Part shown: piece after piece, positions 20,597 through 29,530 of the stretch
How the letters are laid out: every line of letters starts with the position of its first letter
How positions within the stretch are numbered: the stretch's first letter is position 1
IMG/VR virus record: IMGVR_UViG_3300050821_018050
Span: 1 to 64,000 of that record
Source of the DNA: a virus
Strand: one strand, 5' to 3'
Length of the DNA: 64,000 nucleotides
Notes under the pieces: model-generated
Database searches by the model: none
What the model saw: the letters and a program-made list of their open reading frames with translations, nothing else
What the model was told of the DNA's origin: nothing
Translations under genes and position numbers: made by a program

Positions 20597-20625
20597 TTGA
20601 CTAATCCGCATCCCCGTGTTACCAT
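20597..20625 (+). promoter_or_regulatory. sigma70-type promoter, leaderless
   Basis: TTGACT-N17 (ending TGT)-TACCAT, GTG 6 nt downstream at 20632. Confidence 0.75.
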
Positions 20626-20631
20626 TTAAAG

Positions 20632-20766
20632 GTGACCACTCACCAGTTCAGAGCGTTAATCTATCTTCAGCGCATGAATTACACTGTATTGTGTAAACAT
20701 CATTTATTTGATTTATATGTGTCTTTATATAAAATACAATTACTTGGTCCACTGGTGCTCAAATGA
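20632..20766 (+). CDS. Small protein, 44 aa (not in track); paralog cluster
   Basis: MTTHQFRALIYL...HLFDLYVSL...; stop overlaps the next ATG. Confidence 0.65.
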   Translation: MTTHQFRALIYLQRMNYTVLCKHHLFDLYVSLYKIQLLGPLVLK

Positions 20767-20963
20767 CTACTCACGAACTTCGCTGCTTTGATTTTCTTAG
20801 AGCATATAAAACTTTTAAAGGGCATAAGTATCATGTCATGTATTTGGTTTTAGTAAGGGAATTGCATAATATTCACAATGCACATAAAAAAATTATTGAA
20901 GGTCAGCAGGCAATTATTAGATCAAGAGGACAGTTTAGTAGGATATTTAGAGGTGCCAAATGA
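20763..20963 (+). CDS. Small protein; paralog cluster
   Basis: MTTHELRCFDFL...; ATGA-coupled at both ends. Confidence 0.7.
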   Translation: MTTHELRCFDFLRAYKTFKGHKYHVMYLVLVRELHNIHNAHKKIIEGQQAIIRSRGQFSRIFRGAK

Positions 20964-21127
20964 ATATAAGTGCCCTAACCCCCTTGGAACGCAGGATATT
21001 CGACACTCTTCACCAGTATCGCTCTATTGAACTTCTCCATGCGCATTTATTTGATTTATTCCTTTCTCTGAATAGTAAACAGAGAGCTTTCGAACAATAT
21101 GGGAGGATTTATAATGAGCGCCCATGA
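20960..21127 (+). CDS. Small protein, 55 aa (not in track); paralog cluster
   Basis: MNISALTPLERRIFDTL...HLFDLFLSL...; SD GAGG. Confidence 0.65.
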   Translation: MNISALTPLERRIFDTLHQYRSIELLHAHLFDLFLSLNSKQRAFEQYGRIYNERP

Positions 21128-21251
21128 ATGCCGGTGTTTATCTATTTTAAATGATTATTACCATCCAATGTTTAATTGGACCATTCCAACCATATATGCA
21201 TCTCTTTGGGTAAGCTTAAGCGATAAATACGTTAGATCGGCGGCCTTATGA
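21114..21251 (+). CDS. Small protein, 45 aa (not in track); paralog cluster
   Basis: MSAHECRCLSIL...LWVSL...; SD GGAGG. Confidence 0.65.
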   Translation: MSAHECRCLSILNDYYHPMFNWTIPTIYASLWVSLSDKYVRSAAL

Positions 21252-21538
21252 TGCCAAGTAGATTTGAAATGCGTATTTATATGCAAACCTTACAGAGGTT
21301 CACGAAATTGCGTACCCAGATTTGGATGGATCCGTTCATGTTCAAAATGGTCGCTAATATTTGTCGGAAACTTGAAAAGTCTACTAGAAATAGTCGTTGG
21401 ACTTGGGACACCAGAAATATTCCTACTTATGTGACTACTGCAACTATAATTATAGATCCATTTGTAATGAACTTAAGTGGCGGTTATTCCACAGATCCTA
21501 CTGAACCAGTTTATACGATACATAGAAATAAAAAATGA
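21248..21538 (+). CDS. Hypothetical protein, LExRI-like
   Basis: MMPSRFEMRIYMQTL; coupled to the previous ORF. Confidence 0.65.
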   Translation: MMPSRFEMRIYMQTLQRFTKLRTQIWMDPFMFKMVANICRKLEKSTRNSRWTWDTRNIPTYVTTATIIIDPFVMNLSGGYSTDPTEPVYTIHRNKK

Positions 21539-21585
21539 TCAGAAAAATTATTGACTTTTTGTTGAATGAGCGGTATCATAAAAGA

Positions 21586-21744
21586 ATGAACCAAAGCCAT
21601 AAATTAGTTATCGTAGAGCATACGTTCGAAGGCGAAGATAAATTTTGGGATTCTCTCATGGATAAGAATCAATTTATGACTATCACTGACTGTAAAGCTG
21701 AAAAAGCTTTTTCCGGTAGTTTAATTGGCGAAGTACGCTGCTAA
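21586..21744 (+). CDS. Small hypothetical protein (start moved from 21535)
   Basis: TTGACT(21551)-N17-TATCAT(21574-79), 6 nt, ATG; MNQSHKLVIVEH... Confidence 0.6.
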   Translation: MNQSHKLVIVEHTFEGEDKFWDSLMDKNQFMTITDCKAEKAFSGSLIGEVRC

Positions 21745-21923
21745 TGGATATTCTATTTGTAATACTTATTTGTGCTGGCGCGGCCATTCTAATGAATATT
21801 AAAGAGGCTCGCGAAAATAAAAAAGTAGATAGCAAAATTATTAAATGTGATCTTCATAAATGGGATACGAATGCAGTAGGAATGCTGGCATGTAACAATT
21901 GTGGAAAGATAGCGGGAACTTAG
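21744..21923 (+). CDS. Small membrane-anchored Zn-finger-like protein, 59 aa (not in track)
   Basis: N-terminal hydrophobic helix ILFVILICAGAAILM; C-terminal CxxH...CxxC. Confidence 0.6.
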   Translation: MDILFVILICAGAAILMNIKEARENKKVDSKIIKCDLHKWDTNAVGMLACNNCGKIAGT

Positions 21924-22609
21924 TGAGTATTTTTGGTAAAAAAGTAGAACCTATTCACGATAGGATTAGGCGAGCACCAATTAAAGTGCTTTTGCCAATT
22001 CCAATTAAGGGTGATTTTTACGGTAATGCTAGATGCTTCAATCTTAATGAAGCTCCAGTAGGAGTTCGGGTATCTCCATTACGGTGGTATGAACGTAATA
22101 AAAATCTTTGGGCTAAAAATGGAAGTTTCCTCTGCGGCGGTGCTCTAGTTGATTTGGCTAGAGGCGAAACTCCTCGCGATCTTGACATGTATTTCAGAGA
22201 TGAAACATCTATCAAAAGAACTTTGCATGAAGCAGCTAATAATGGCTATATTATTGAAGACCAAAATTTTTGGGATTTAGCCCGAGGAGTTTATCAGATT
22301 GTAATTAAACATCCTGGTGATAAATCAATGTATCCTGATTTGAATATGGTGGTATCACAATATTTTGGTGATATTGAGCACGTTTTAGGCTTATTCGATT
22401 TAGACATTTGCTGTGTCGGCGTATGTTCGGATACATTCACTTATACAGTGAATTGGCATAGATCTTTTGCAGATAAAGTATTTCAGTTTCATGTCGTGCG
22501 CAATATGTTAGTAACCCAAAAGCGTGTCTTAAAGTACGCAGAGAAGGGTTTCACTTTTGTTCCGTGTACGACTTATAAAGAAATTCCAGCAGGCCAAAAA
22601 TTTTATTGA
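21923..22609 (+). CDS. Nucleotidyltransferase (CCA-adding/poly(A) polymerase head-like)
   Basis: FLCGGALVD...PRDLDMYF and FDLDIC motifs; GTG 21923 overlaps the previous stop. Confidence 0.75.
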   Translation: MSIFGKKVEPIHDRIRRAPIKVLLPIPIKGDFYGNARCFNLNEAPVGVRVSPLRWYERNKNLWAKNGSFLCGGALVDLARGETPRDLDMYFRDETSIKRTLHEAANNGYIIEDQNFWDLARGVYQIVIKHPGDKSMYPDLNMVVSQYFGDIEHVLGLFDLDICCVGVCSDTFTYTVNWHRSFADKVFQFHVVRNMLVTQKRVLKYAEKGFTFVPCTTYKEIPAGQKFY

Positions 22610-22634
22610 CTTTTAGAATAAAGAAAGGTAAGAT
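22606..22634 (+). promoter_or_regulatory. sigma70-type promoter, leaderless
   Basis: TTGACT-N17-TAAGAT, ATG 6 nt downstream at 22641. Confidence 0.8.
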
Positions 22635-22640
22635 TGTTAT

Positions 22641-23900
22641 ATGAGTTTAAGCACTATTGAAGAAGGCATTATCTACTTACTCCACCACGAACCGTATTAC
22701 GCCCATCTTTTGATGCGTATGCGTCGTTTTAAGACTAGCAAACGCCCAGGGGCTAAAGAAGATAAAGATGCTCCTCCGCCAACTGATAAAGACGGAAAAC
22801 CTCTGGACGCTGAGCAGATTGAAGCAAGTAAATTCACTGCAGGCGTGAATATCACTGACGGAATCAATCTGTACTATAACGAAAAATGGTTTAATTTACT
22901 TAGAGATAAGCATGGTCTTGGCGTTGTAGCTGGAGTCCTCAAGCATGAAGCTGAGCATATCACATTCATGCATTTGAATGGTCGCGAAAAGGGTATGGAA
23001 CCAAAACTCCATAATATTGCCGCCGACTGTTCAATTAATCAATATAATTCACTTTTAAAACCTTGGCTTGATTCGGGAGTTGGCGTATCTTTAGAAAGCT
23101 TTCGTAAGCTCGTAAATAATCCAGCCATTGAAGCTCAGCAGACGACCGAGTATTACTACGCCGCCCTTCAGCAAGAATCTGAGAAGCAAAAAGGCTCAAA
23201 AGAATTTCAAGATGCATTGAAGGAAATGGGCGAAGGCGGAGACGATCACTCTATGTGGGGCGATGGTGTACCAGAAGAAGTGGCTAAGCGTATCGCTAAG
23301 TATGCTGTTGAGCAGGCTGCCGCATCTGTTGGTCGCGGGAATATCCCAGGCCATCTGCAAAAAGCTATTGATGCCTTCAATAAAGAAACTCTCAATTGGA
23401 AGAAAATTCTCCAACGTTTTTGGTCTAAAGGTTTGACGATTGAAACTCGCAATACTCGTATGCGCACTAATCGCCGATTTGGCATCAAGCAGCCAGGCAA
23501 ACGCTCTAAACCATTGACTCAAGTTGCTATGGTGATCGATACGTCTGGATCTATGTCAGATGATGACCTTAACGCAATTTTTGTAGAAGCATTTAAGATG
23601 CATGAAGCTGGCGCTACGGTTGATATCATTGAATGCGATACCGCTGTGCATAAAGTGTGGCGTTATACCGGCAAAAAAACCGGTATTCAGGTCAATGGTC
23701 GCGGTGGAACTAGTTTTCAGCCGGGCTTAGATGCTGCCAAAAAATTAAATCCAGATGCAATCATTTACTTCACCGATGGTGATGGCGAGAGAGATTTCAC
23801 CACCCCAAAAGGAATTCCTATTTTATGGGTACTCACTCAAGAGGGTCACTTTGGTTCGATCCCAGAAAGCGCCCGCAAAGTATGGATGAAGACAAAGTAA
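22641..23900 (+). CDS. HExxH metallopeptidase-like plus vWA domain protein (DUF2201-like)
   Basis: LKHEAEH, NIAAD..IN, DDHS.W, IDTSGSM, GRGGTSF, YFTDG. Confidence 0.88.
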   Translation: MSLSTIEEGIIYLLHHEPYYAHLLMRMRRFKTSKRPGAKEDKDAPPPTDKDGKPLDAEQIEASKFTAGVNITDGINLYYNEKWFNLLRDKHGLGVVAGVLKHEAEHITFMHLNGREKGMEPKLHNIAADCSINQYNSLLKPWLDSGVGVSLESFRKLVNNPAIEAQQTTEYYYAALQQESEKQKGSKEFQDALKEMGEGGDDHSMWGDGVPEEVAKRIAKYAVEQAAASVGRGNIPGHLQKAIDAFNKETLNWKKILQRFWSKGLTIETRNTRMRTNRRFGIKQPGKRSKPLTQVAMVIDTSGSMSDDDLNAIFVEAFKMHEAGATVDIIECDTAVHKVWRYTGKKTGIQVNGRGGTSFQPGLDAAKKLNPDAIIYFTDGDGERDFTTPKGIPILWVLTQEGHFGSIPESARKVWMKTK

Positions 23901-24280
23901 ATGTTAAAAGTTTTGTGAACTTCCAGAAACTGACTCCTACTGAATTAATGCAATTAACTCAATCAGGTCGTGTTTTTAGAACCACAGAAATTGCCAATGC
24001 CTGCGCTTTATTTGATTATCCTGATTTGCAGGGTAGAGCGATAAGCAGCGGCAAAGTAGACGAAGATATTTTGGTTCACTTATCTAAATCAGTTTACCCA
24101 ACTATTCGCATGGCAATTGCTTCTCATGCGAAAAGCCCTAAATTGATTAAAGAACTTTCGATGGATCCCCATTTGGATGTCAAAAAGTGTGCCATTTATA
24201 ACTCATTCGCCCCCGCTGATGTAGCCTTGCTGAGAGCTAAATATGAGCTGGAAAAAAGATTAAAGCAAAAAATAATTTGA
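23882..24280 (+). CDS. Helical (HEAT-like) repeat protein
   Basis: LSK..YPTIRMAIA, LSMDPHLDVK..AI; start likely ATG 23882. Confidence 0.5.
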   Translation: MDEDKVNVKSFVNFQKLTPTELMQLTQSGRVFRTTEIANACALFDYPDLQGRAISSGKVDEDILVHLSKSVYPTIRMAIASHAKSPKLIKELSMDPHLDVKKCAIYNSFAPADVALLRAKYELEKRLKQKII

Positions 24281-24305
24281 CTTATTAAAGTAATCATGTT
24301 ATTCT
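24277..24305 (+). promoter_or_regulatory. sigma70-type promoter
   Basis: TTGACT-N17 (ending TGT)-TATTCT upstream of the AAA gene. Confidence 0.7.
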
Positions 24306-24345
24306 AAGTAAAGACAAAACCCATTAGAAAGGTAACCCGAATAGA

Positions 24346-25419
24346 ATGAAAGTATCAGAACTTAAAAAAATCTTCCCGTATCTTATGCAAGCCCAAGTAC
24401 CAGCGCTATTGATTGGACACCATGGTGTCGGTAAATCATCAGTAGCTCGCCAACTAGCTGAATCGCATGGGATGGAGCTGTTTGATGTGCGCCTTGGCAC
24501 CATGGCAGATGCAGGAGACTTACTTGGTCTTATGCATGAAGGCACCGATGAGCATGGCAATAAATTTTTCCACCATTCGCTTCCAAGCTGGTGGCCTAAA
24601 AAGGGCGAAAAGAAACTGATTTTCATTGACGAGCTTAATCGTGCTCGCCCAGATATGCTTCAAATGGTATTCCAATTGATTTTGGATCGCCGGATTCATA
24701 CCCATGTTCTTCCAGAAGGATGCTACGTCATGTCGGCTATCAATCCAGATACTGATGACTATAAAACGACCAATATCGATGACGCGGCTCTATTGAGTCG
24801 TTTTTGTCAAATCAAATTCCAACCTTCGCAAGAAGAATTCCAAGATTACTTTCGTTCAACCCAACCGGACCCTACTTTTTTTGGTTTCATCGCTGAAAAT
24901 ATGAATGAAGTAGATTCCACCGGTCTCCAAGGCTTTGAACTTAAAGCTAAACCAGATCGCCGTGCGGTAGTACGAGTCAATCAATTGATCCAAGCTGGCT
25001 TACCAGAAGAATTTTGGATTGAAACCATTGGCGGAATGCTCGGTTATGAAATGTCAGTGAAGTATCACACGTACTTTAAAAATAATCGCTTGAAACCGCT
25101 CACTGGTGAGCAAGTACTTGATGAATATAATAAGCATTCTCATGTGATCGCAGAAATGCTTAAAAAAGAACGTCATGATACTATTACCGTATCTGTCGAT
25201 AATGTTCTCGCAGAAGTATTGAAAACCCCGAAGCTGACTAAGAAAGAAAGTTTGAATTTACGTTCATTCTTACTAGATATCCCCCGCGATATCGCCCAAG
25301 GCTTCACCGATCGTTTTGTATCTGATTGTAGCAAAACTAATAAAGATACTATTCGAATGGTTAATGAATATGTTCTCGATGAAGATTTTATCGAGCACTT
25401 TACGAATAAGTTGGCCTAA
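24346..25419 (+). CDS. MoxR-like AAA+ ATPase
   Basis: GHHGVGKS, IFIDELNRA, SAINP, DAALLSRF; adjacent vWA partner. Confidence 0.9.
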   Translation: MKVSELKKIFPYLMQAQVPALLIGHHGVGKSSVARQLAESHGMELFDVRLGTMADAGDLLGLMHEGTDEHGNKFFHHSLPSWWPKKGEKKLIFIDELNRARPDMLQMVFQLILDRRIHTHVLPEGCYVMSAINPDTDDYKTTNIDDAALLSRFCQIKFQPSQEEFQDYFRSTQPDPTFFGFIAENMNEVDSTGLQGFELKAKPDRRAVVRVNQLIQAGLPEEFWIETIGGMLGYEMSVKYHTYFKNNRLKPLTGEQVLDEYNKHSHVIAEMLKKERHDTITVSVDNVLAEVLKTPKLTKKESLNLRSFLLDIPRDIAQGFTDRFVSDCSKTNKDTIRMVNEYVLDEDFIEHFTNKLA

Positions 25420-25701
25420 ATGACAACTCTCCTCCTTGTTGTCATTTTCATTCTCTCCGATACATTAGCAGGTTATCTAGTGTATCGGAGATTCCAAAAA
25501 CAAAAATCAGCTCTAGCTTTTGCTAGTGAAAGAATTTCTAACTTAGAAGAAGCTGCTGGCCAAGAATATCTAAAAGTCGAAGCCCTAGAAGGCGTGTTCA
25601 AAGTCCTCGAAGCAAACGAGAAAACCTGGATTAAGGTTATGTCTAAGCAAGAGGAACGAATCAAAGGACTAGAAAAACGACTGCGTGTAAAGGGTAAATG
25701 A
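25420..25701 (+). CDS. Membrane-anchored coiled-coil protein
   Basis: N-terminal hydrophobic helix followed by heptads. Confidence 0.65.
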   Translation: MTTLLLVVIFILSDTLAGYLVYRRFQKQKSALAFASERISNLEEAAGQEYLKVEALEGVFKVLEANEKTWIKVMSKQEERIKGLEKRLRVKGK

Positions 25702-26219
25702 GTCACACCATTCTTTATACTGACGGAAGCAATAGTTTAAAGACCGGATTCTGTGGCTGGGCCGTAGTGGGTCTAATCAATGGACAAATGGTACGACACT
25801 GCGGCTATTCACGGGGTACCAATCAATTTGCCGAGCTAATGGGTTTTCTTTCGGCTCTCAGGTTGGTACCCCATTCTCAAATGGAAGGTGTAATCTTTAC
25901 CGATTCGATGTATGTTATAAATGGACTCACCACTTTCCGATTAAATTGGGAAAGAAATGGTTATAAAAATGTAAAAGGGCAAGATATTGCTCATAAAGAA
26001 TTTATAATCATCGGCCATAAATTACTTGATGAAAGACCCAATATTAAAGTAAGGTATGTTCCGGGCCATAAAGGTTTTCAGGGTAATGAGTTGGCAGACC
26101 AGCTTGCAAAAAAGGCAAGATATTTTGCAGAAGGTAAAATACAGCAATCAGACGTAGACGGAGAAATGATCAATGGCCTCACGCAAACAATCGAACAAAA
26201 AAATATTGGCTATACTTAG
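25698..26219 (+). CDS. rnhA: Ribonuclease HI
   Basis: LYTDGS, TNQFAEL, IFTDS.YV, VPGH.G..GNELAD. Confidence 0.92.
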   Translation: MSHTILYTDGSNSLKTGFCGWAVVGLINGQMVRHCGYSRGTNQFAELMGFLSALRLVPHSQMEGVIFTDSMYVINGLTTFRLNWERNGYKNVKGQDIAHKEFIIIGHKLLDERPNIKVRYVPGHKGFQGNELADQLAKKARYFAEGKIQQSDVDGEMINGLTQTIEQKNIGYT

Positions 26220-26397
26220 TCAATTGGTTGAAGAAAATCCAGATCTAAGGTTTTCGCAAATATTAATTATTTCAAAAATTTTAGGTGAAAATAGATTTGA
26301 ATTAGGTAAAACTTACTATGAGCTTGATTTTTATCAAGAATCATCGGCATTGCTAGAAAAAATCACGTCTCAAATCAAGAAAGCTGGCACAATTTGA
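26173..26397 (+). CDS. Phage hypothetical protein
   Basis: 74 aa, NPDLRFSQ motif, SD GGAG. Confidence 0.6.
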   Translation: MASRKQSNKKILAILSQLVEENPDLRFSQILIISKILGENRFELGKTYYELDFYQESSALLEKITSQIKKAGTI

Positions 26398-26591
26398 AAG
26401 TAACCGAAGGAATGGTTGTCAAAGTTAGGAAGCCTTTAAAAAATAAAATTGGTGAAGTTATCGAATCGATCGGAACTATTTATCATATTTTTGGGTCCGA
26501 TGTCCACGTACTACTAAGTAATGGAGATATTTGGTCCGGTACTGTTAGTGAAGTGGCATTGCATGTTGCAATGCCTATTGAACAAGTGTAA
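26394..26591 (+). CDS. Small SH3/KOW-like hypothetical protein
   Basis: 65 aa, beta-rich (GMVVKV...GTIYHIFG.DVHVLL.NG). Confidence 0.5.
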   Translation: MKVTEGMVVKVRKPLKNKIGEVIESIGTIYHIFGSDVHVLLSNGDIWSGTVSEVALHVAMPIEQV

Positions 26592-26623
26592 GTTAAGTGG
26601 TAGAGTAATAAACAGGAGATACA

Positions 26624-27007
26624 ATGGCATTAGGAAAAAAGAAAACTAAAGAATTAAAACAAGCACTTCAGAAGAAATTGGATCGTCTTGGAGTTAAATC
26701 AGAAACAACCGCGAAAGTAATTGGGAAGCGCCCCGCTCTTACTATGCAAGAGGGTAAGGTTGTGGAAACGATGTTCCCCGTAGTGCAATTACAAAATATG
26801 CAACGTAGGATGATCAAACAATTGATCGCTGGTGGAGAAAATGTAGTTAGACAATTTATCGCTATGTCAGACGAGTCACTTCGCGGCACGCTAAATATGC
26901 CAGCGGTACCGGTAAATAATGAGCAAGCGCACGCTGAAGCGTTAGAACGGTACGAAGAAACACATATCGAGGCATCCAATGAAACGTCCGATCTGGTGGC
27001 TTTATAG
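26624..27007 (+). CDS. Hypothetical protein
   Basis: 127 aa, SD AGGAG; upstream TTGAAC-N17-TAGAGT with TG extension. Confidence 0.7.
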   Translation: MALGKKKTKELKQALQKKLDRLGVKSETTAKVIGKRPALTMQEGKVVETMFPVVQLQNMQRRMIKQLIAGGENVVRQFIAMSDESLRGTLNMPAVPVNNEQAHAEALERYEETHIEASNETSDLVAL

Positions 27008-27134
27008 AGGTATTGGGGTTGCTGCAATTGTGCTATGTTTAAAGCTATATAATGAAACAAATGTATGTAATTATTGGCTTTTATTCATATCTGCTGGTAA
27101 TTTTTTACTATCGGCAGACCCTTTTAGCCCCTAA
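26979..27134 (+). CDS. Small membrane protein, 51 aa (not in track)
   Basis: MKRPIWWLYRGIGVAAIVLCL...YWLLFISAGNFLL; SD GAGG. Confidence 0.5.
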   Translation: MKRPIWWLYRGIGVAAIVLCLKLYNETNVCNYWLLFISAGNFLLSADPFSP

Positions 27135-27139
27135 TATTT
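27130..27139 (+). promoter_or_regulatory. Putative late promoter element CCTAATATTT
   Basis: Recurrent motif upstream of 27155 and clpP. Confidence 0.75.
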
Positions 27140-27154
27140 ACTGTAGAGGGTATT

Positions 27155-27442
27155 ATGGAAAATGCAAGATTTGAATTTTCTGTTCGAATAGAAGAAGCAG
27201 TTTCTTCAGACCTACCCTTGCCGATTTTTGACTCAGAAAAAAGTTTGATCGGAGCGTTTACGGTGTATCATGAGACCTTGTTAAAAGGGTTCATTGCTGC
27301 TCATGGATGGCCAGATTCACTTTTTGCAGAAGAAGGATTATGGTTTACTTTGGGTAAAGATAAGGACCACGCTACCGTGACCTCTCAAAAAACTTCTGAT
27401 AAGTCATCTCGAATTAACAGCATCGAACGAGGTATTTTATGA
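27155..27442 (+). CDS. Hypothetical protein
   Basis: 95 aa, SD GAGG, coupled to clpP. Confidence 0.7.
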   Translation: MENARFEFSVRIEEAVSSDLPLPIFDSEKSLIGAFTVYHETLLKGFIAAHGWPDSLFAEEGLWFTLGKDKDHATVTSQKTSDKSSRINSIERGIL

Positions 27443-28107
27443 ACGGACCAGATTTAAGTGCAAAACCGAGATTCCCAGGTCTTATGGATTCCCTGGATGA
27501 GGGTAGCAATTATATTTGGGTTAATGAGTTCGATGATCAATCTTTACAATTATTTTATGCCAGCTTTACTCGCCTAGAGGGCGATCCAAGTGTACAAATT
27601 ATCCCAATATTTATTGCTAGTTACGGTGGGGATACCACGGTGTTGGCTGCTATGAGAGATCTGATCAAGTCGTGCCCTAAACCGGTAGCCACAATCGCCA
27701 TGGGGAAAGCAATGTCCTGCGGGACCGGGTTACTCGCCGCTGGAACCAAAGGTTATCGATTTAGTTCACCAGGATCTTCAGTAATGATCCATCAAGTTTC
27801 AAGCGGAACTGGTGGAAAAGCATCAGACATTGTTTCGGACGCTGCTTCGGTTCAACTGACTAATAATATCATGTTTAAGAATTTAGCAAGCGACATCGGC
27901 TGTACGGCTACAGAGCTTCATTCAGAGATCCAAAAGAGAAATAATGCGGATTGGTACCTAACTCCTGCCGAATGCATTAAATGGGGCATTATCGACCATA
28001 TAGGTACTCCCAGGGTACATTCTCAGTCCCCAGCTACTGGCTTAATACTTACCCAAGGTCGCCCCACGAGCCGCCCTAAAAAGCCAAAATCTAAATCTAA
28101 AAAGTAA
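27439..28107 (+). CDS. clpP: ClpP-like serine protease
   Basis: IASYGGD, GKAMSCG (Ser), MIHQ (His), ADWYLTPAE...GIID (Asp). Confidence 0.9.
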   Translation: MNGPDLSAKPRFPGLMDSLDEGSNYIWVNEFDDQSLQLFYASFTRLEGDPSVQIIPIFIASYGGDTTVLAAMRDLIKSCPKPVATIAMGKAMSCGTGLLAAGTKGYRFSSPGSSVMIHQVSSGTGGKASDIVSDAASVQLTNNIMFKNLASDIGCTATELHSEIQKRNNADWYLTPAECIKWGIIDHIGTPRVHSQSPATGLILTQGRPTSRPKKPKSKSKK

Positions 28108-28114
28108 TTGATTT

Positions 28115-28124
28115 CCTAATATTT
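28115..28124 (+). promoter_or_regulatory. Putative late promoter element CCTAATATTT
   Basis: TAATAT ends 6 nt before ATG 28129. Confidence 0.75.
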
Positions 28125-28128
28125 AGGT

Positions 28129-28629
28129 ATGCAGTACGGTTTTTTACTTTTAAATAATTACATAGATAAGAACAATTTTGATCAAACCGATACCCTTACT
28201 TTACAGTTGGGTAATCCCACCACCATATATTTTCGATTAGTTACCTTGCGGGCTCCAGCCCAAGTTAATACGGTTGGCAGATATGGCGATTCTACTTCTA
28301 CCCCCTTTGATCTTTACGCTGATACGCTAAGGTTTTTGCCACTTCTCGGTACGATCGCTTATGTATCTTTTAGTTCTATAGATAACTTCAATTCCGCTGG
28401 ATCGCCATGCGAAAGACCGGGTAGTTACGGTATGACTAACGTCCCAGCCACTCAGGTAATACCATCAGATGATGCTAGTATATTTTCTATCGCGATCCCC
28501 GCAGGTTTTCAGTTCGCTCCTAATACCATGTCGGTAAATTTTAATGATGGGACTAATGTTTATCAAACCCAAGCATTAAGCGACATTTCTCAGATGGATA
28601 CTAGTTCAACAGATCGTTTTTTCTGTTAA
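28129..28629 (+). CDS. Probable virion structural protein
   Basis: 166 aa, beta-rich, behind late motif. Confidence 0.55.
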   Translation: MQYGFLLLNNYIDKNNFDQTDTLTLQLGNPTTIYFRLVTLRAPAQVNTVGRYGDSTSTPFDLYADTLRFLPLLGTIAYVSFSSIDNFNSAGSPCERPGSYGMTNVPATQVIPSDDASIFSIAIPAGFQFAPNTMSVNFNDGTNVYQTQALSDISQMDTSSTDRFFC

Positions 28630-28638
28630 GGGGATAAA

Positions 28639-29520
28639 ATGGCAGATTTAAGAAAAGCTAAAAAGCCAATTCACGCCACATATCCAGTTGACGCAGTTAA
28701 TTCAGCTGAAAACTTTGAGGTAATGGAGAATCTTATCACAGGTCGTCAAATGAAAGAACGGTTTCTATTTGGCGTACCTACGATTGCTCCATTGACTGGC
28801 GAAAAACTTACCGATGCTATGCTTAAAGATTTTATCAAACGCGCTATAAACCTAGTTGAAGCCGAATCTAAGATCGATTTACAGCCCCGCATTAAACGTA
28901 CTCGTCAGCCTTTTCATGCAAAAGACTACATGAGCTATATTCACCTAGAAATTCCACATAAACCTATCCGAAAAGTAATAAGTTTAACCATATCAGCATC
29001 AAATTATGAGGATACCCCAGACGAACATTCTGATTTCCCAAATGGGTTGAAATTATATACGTATCCGTTAGAATGGCTAGATATGGCAAACGCTCAGCGT
29101 GGCATTTTAAATATCAATCCGTTCAGTCCAGCTTTTACTCCGGGACCTGGCGCAGGCGAAGTTTTTACTACTGCCGGAACAGTCCCAATCAATTCCTTTC
29201 TTGGTCAATTAGGCTTCATCCCAGGTTTTTGGAATATTGAAGTTTTGACCGGAGTTGCTTGTGAAAAAACCGGCAAAATCCCAGTTGTATTTAATGAATT
29301 GATTGGTATGAAGGCCGCCATACTTGCTTTAGATAATTTGATTCCATTATTTCGTGTAGCTTCACAAAGTTTGGGTATTGACGGATTAAGTCAATCGGTT
29401 ACAGATAATTTATTTAATTTGCTAGCTAACAAGCGCAAACAACTTGCAGAAGATTATACAAGTTTACTAAAAGTTATGAAAACCCAATTCAATCAAAGTT
29501 TTTTCATGACCTCAATGTAA
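28639..29520 (+). CDS. Head-tail adaptor/neck protein
   Basis: LFG.P, IKRAI..VE, SQSLGIDGLSQS motif typical of SPO1/K-like neck proteins. Confidence 0.7.
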   Translation: MADLRKAKKPIHATYPVDAVNSAENFEVMENLITGRQMKERFLFGVPTIAPLTGEKLTDAMLKDFIKRAINLVEAESKIDLQPRIKRTRQPFHAKDYMSYIHLEIPHKPIRKVISLTISASNYEDTPDEHSDFPNGLKLYTYPLEWLDMANAQRGILNINPFSPAFTPGPGAGEVFTTAGTVPINSFLGQLGFIPGFWNIEVLTGVACEKTGKIPVVFNELIGMKAAILALDNLIPLFRVASQSLGIDGLSQSVTDNLFNLLANKRKQLAEDYTSLLKVMKTQFNQSFFMTSM

Positions 29521-29530
29521 GGATGGCTCC

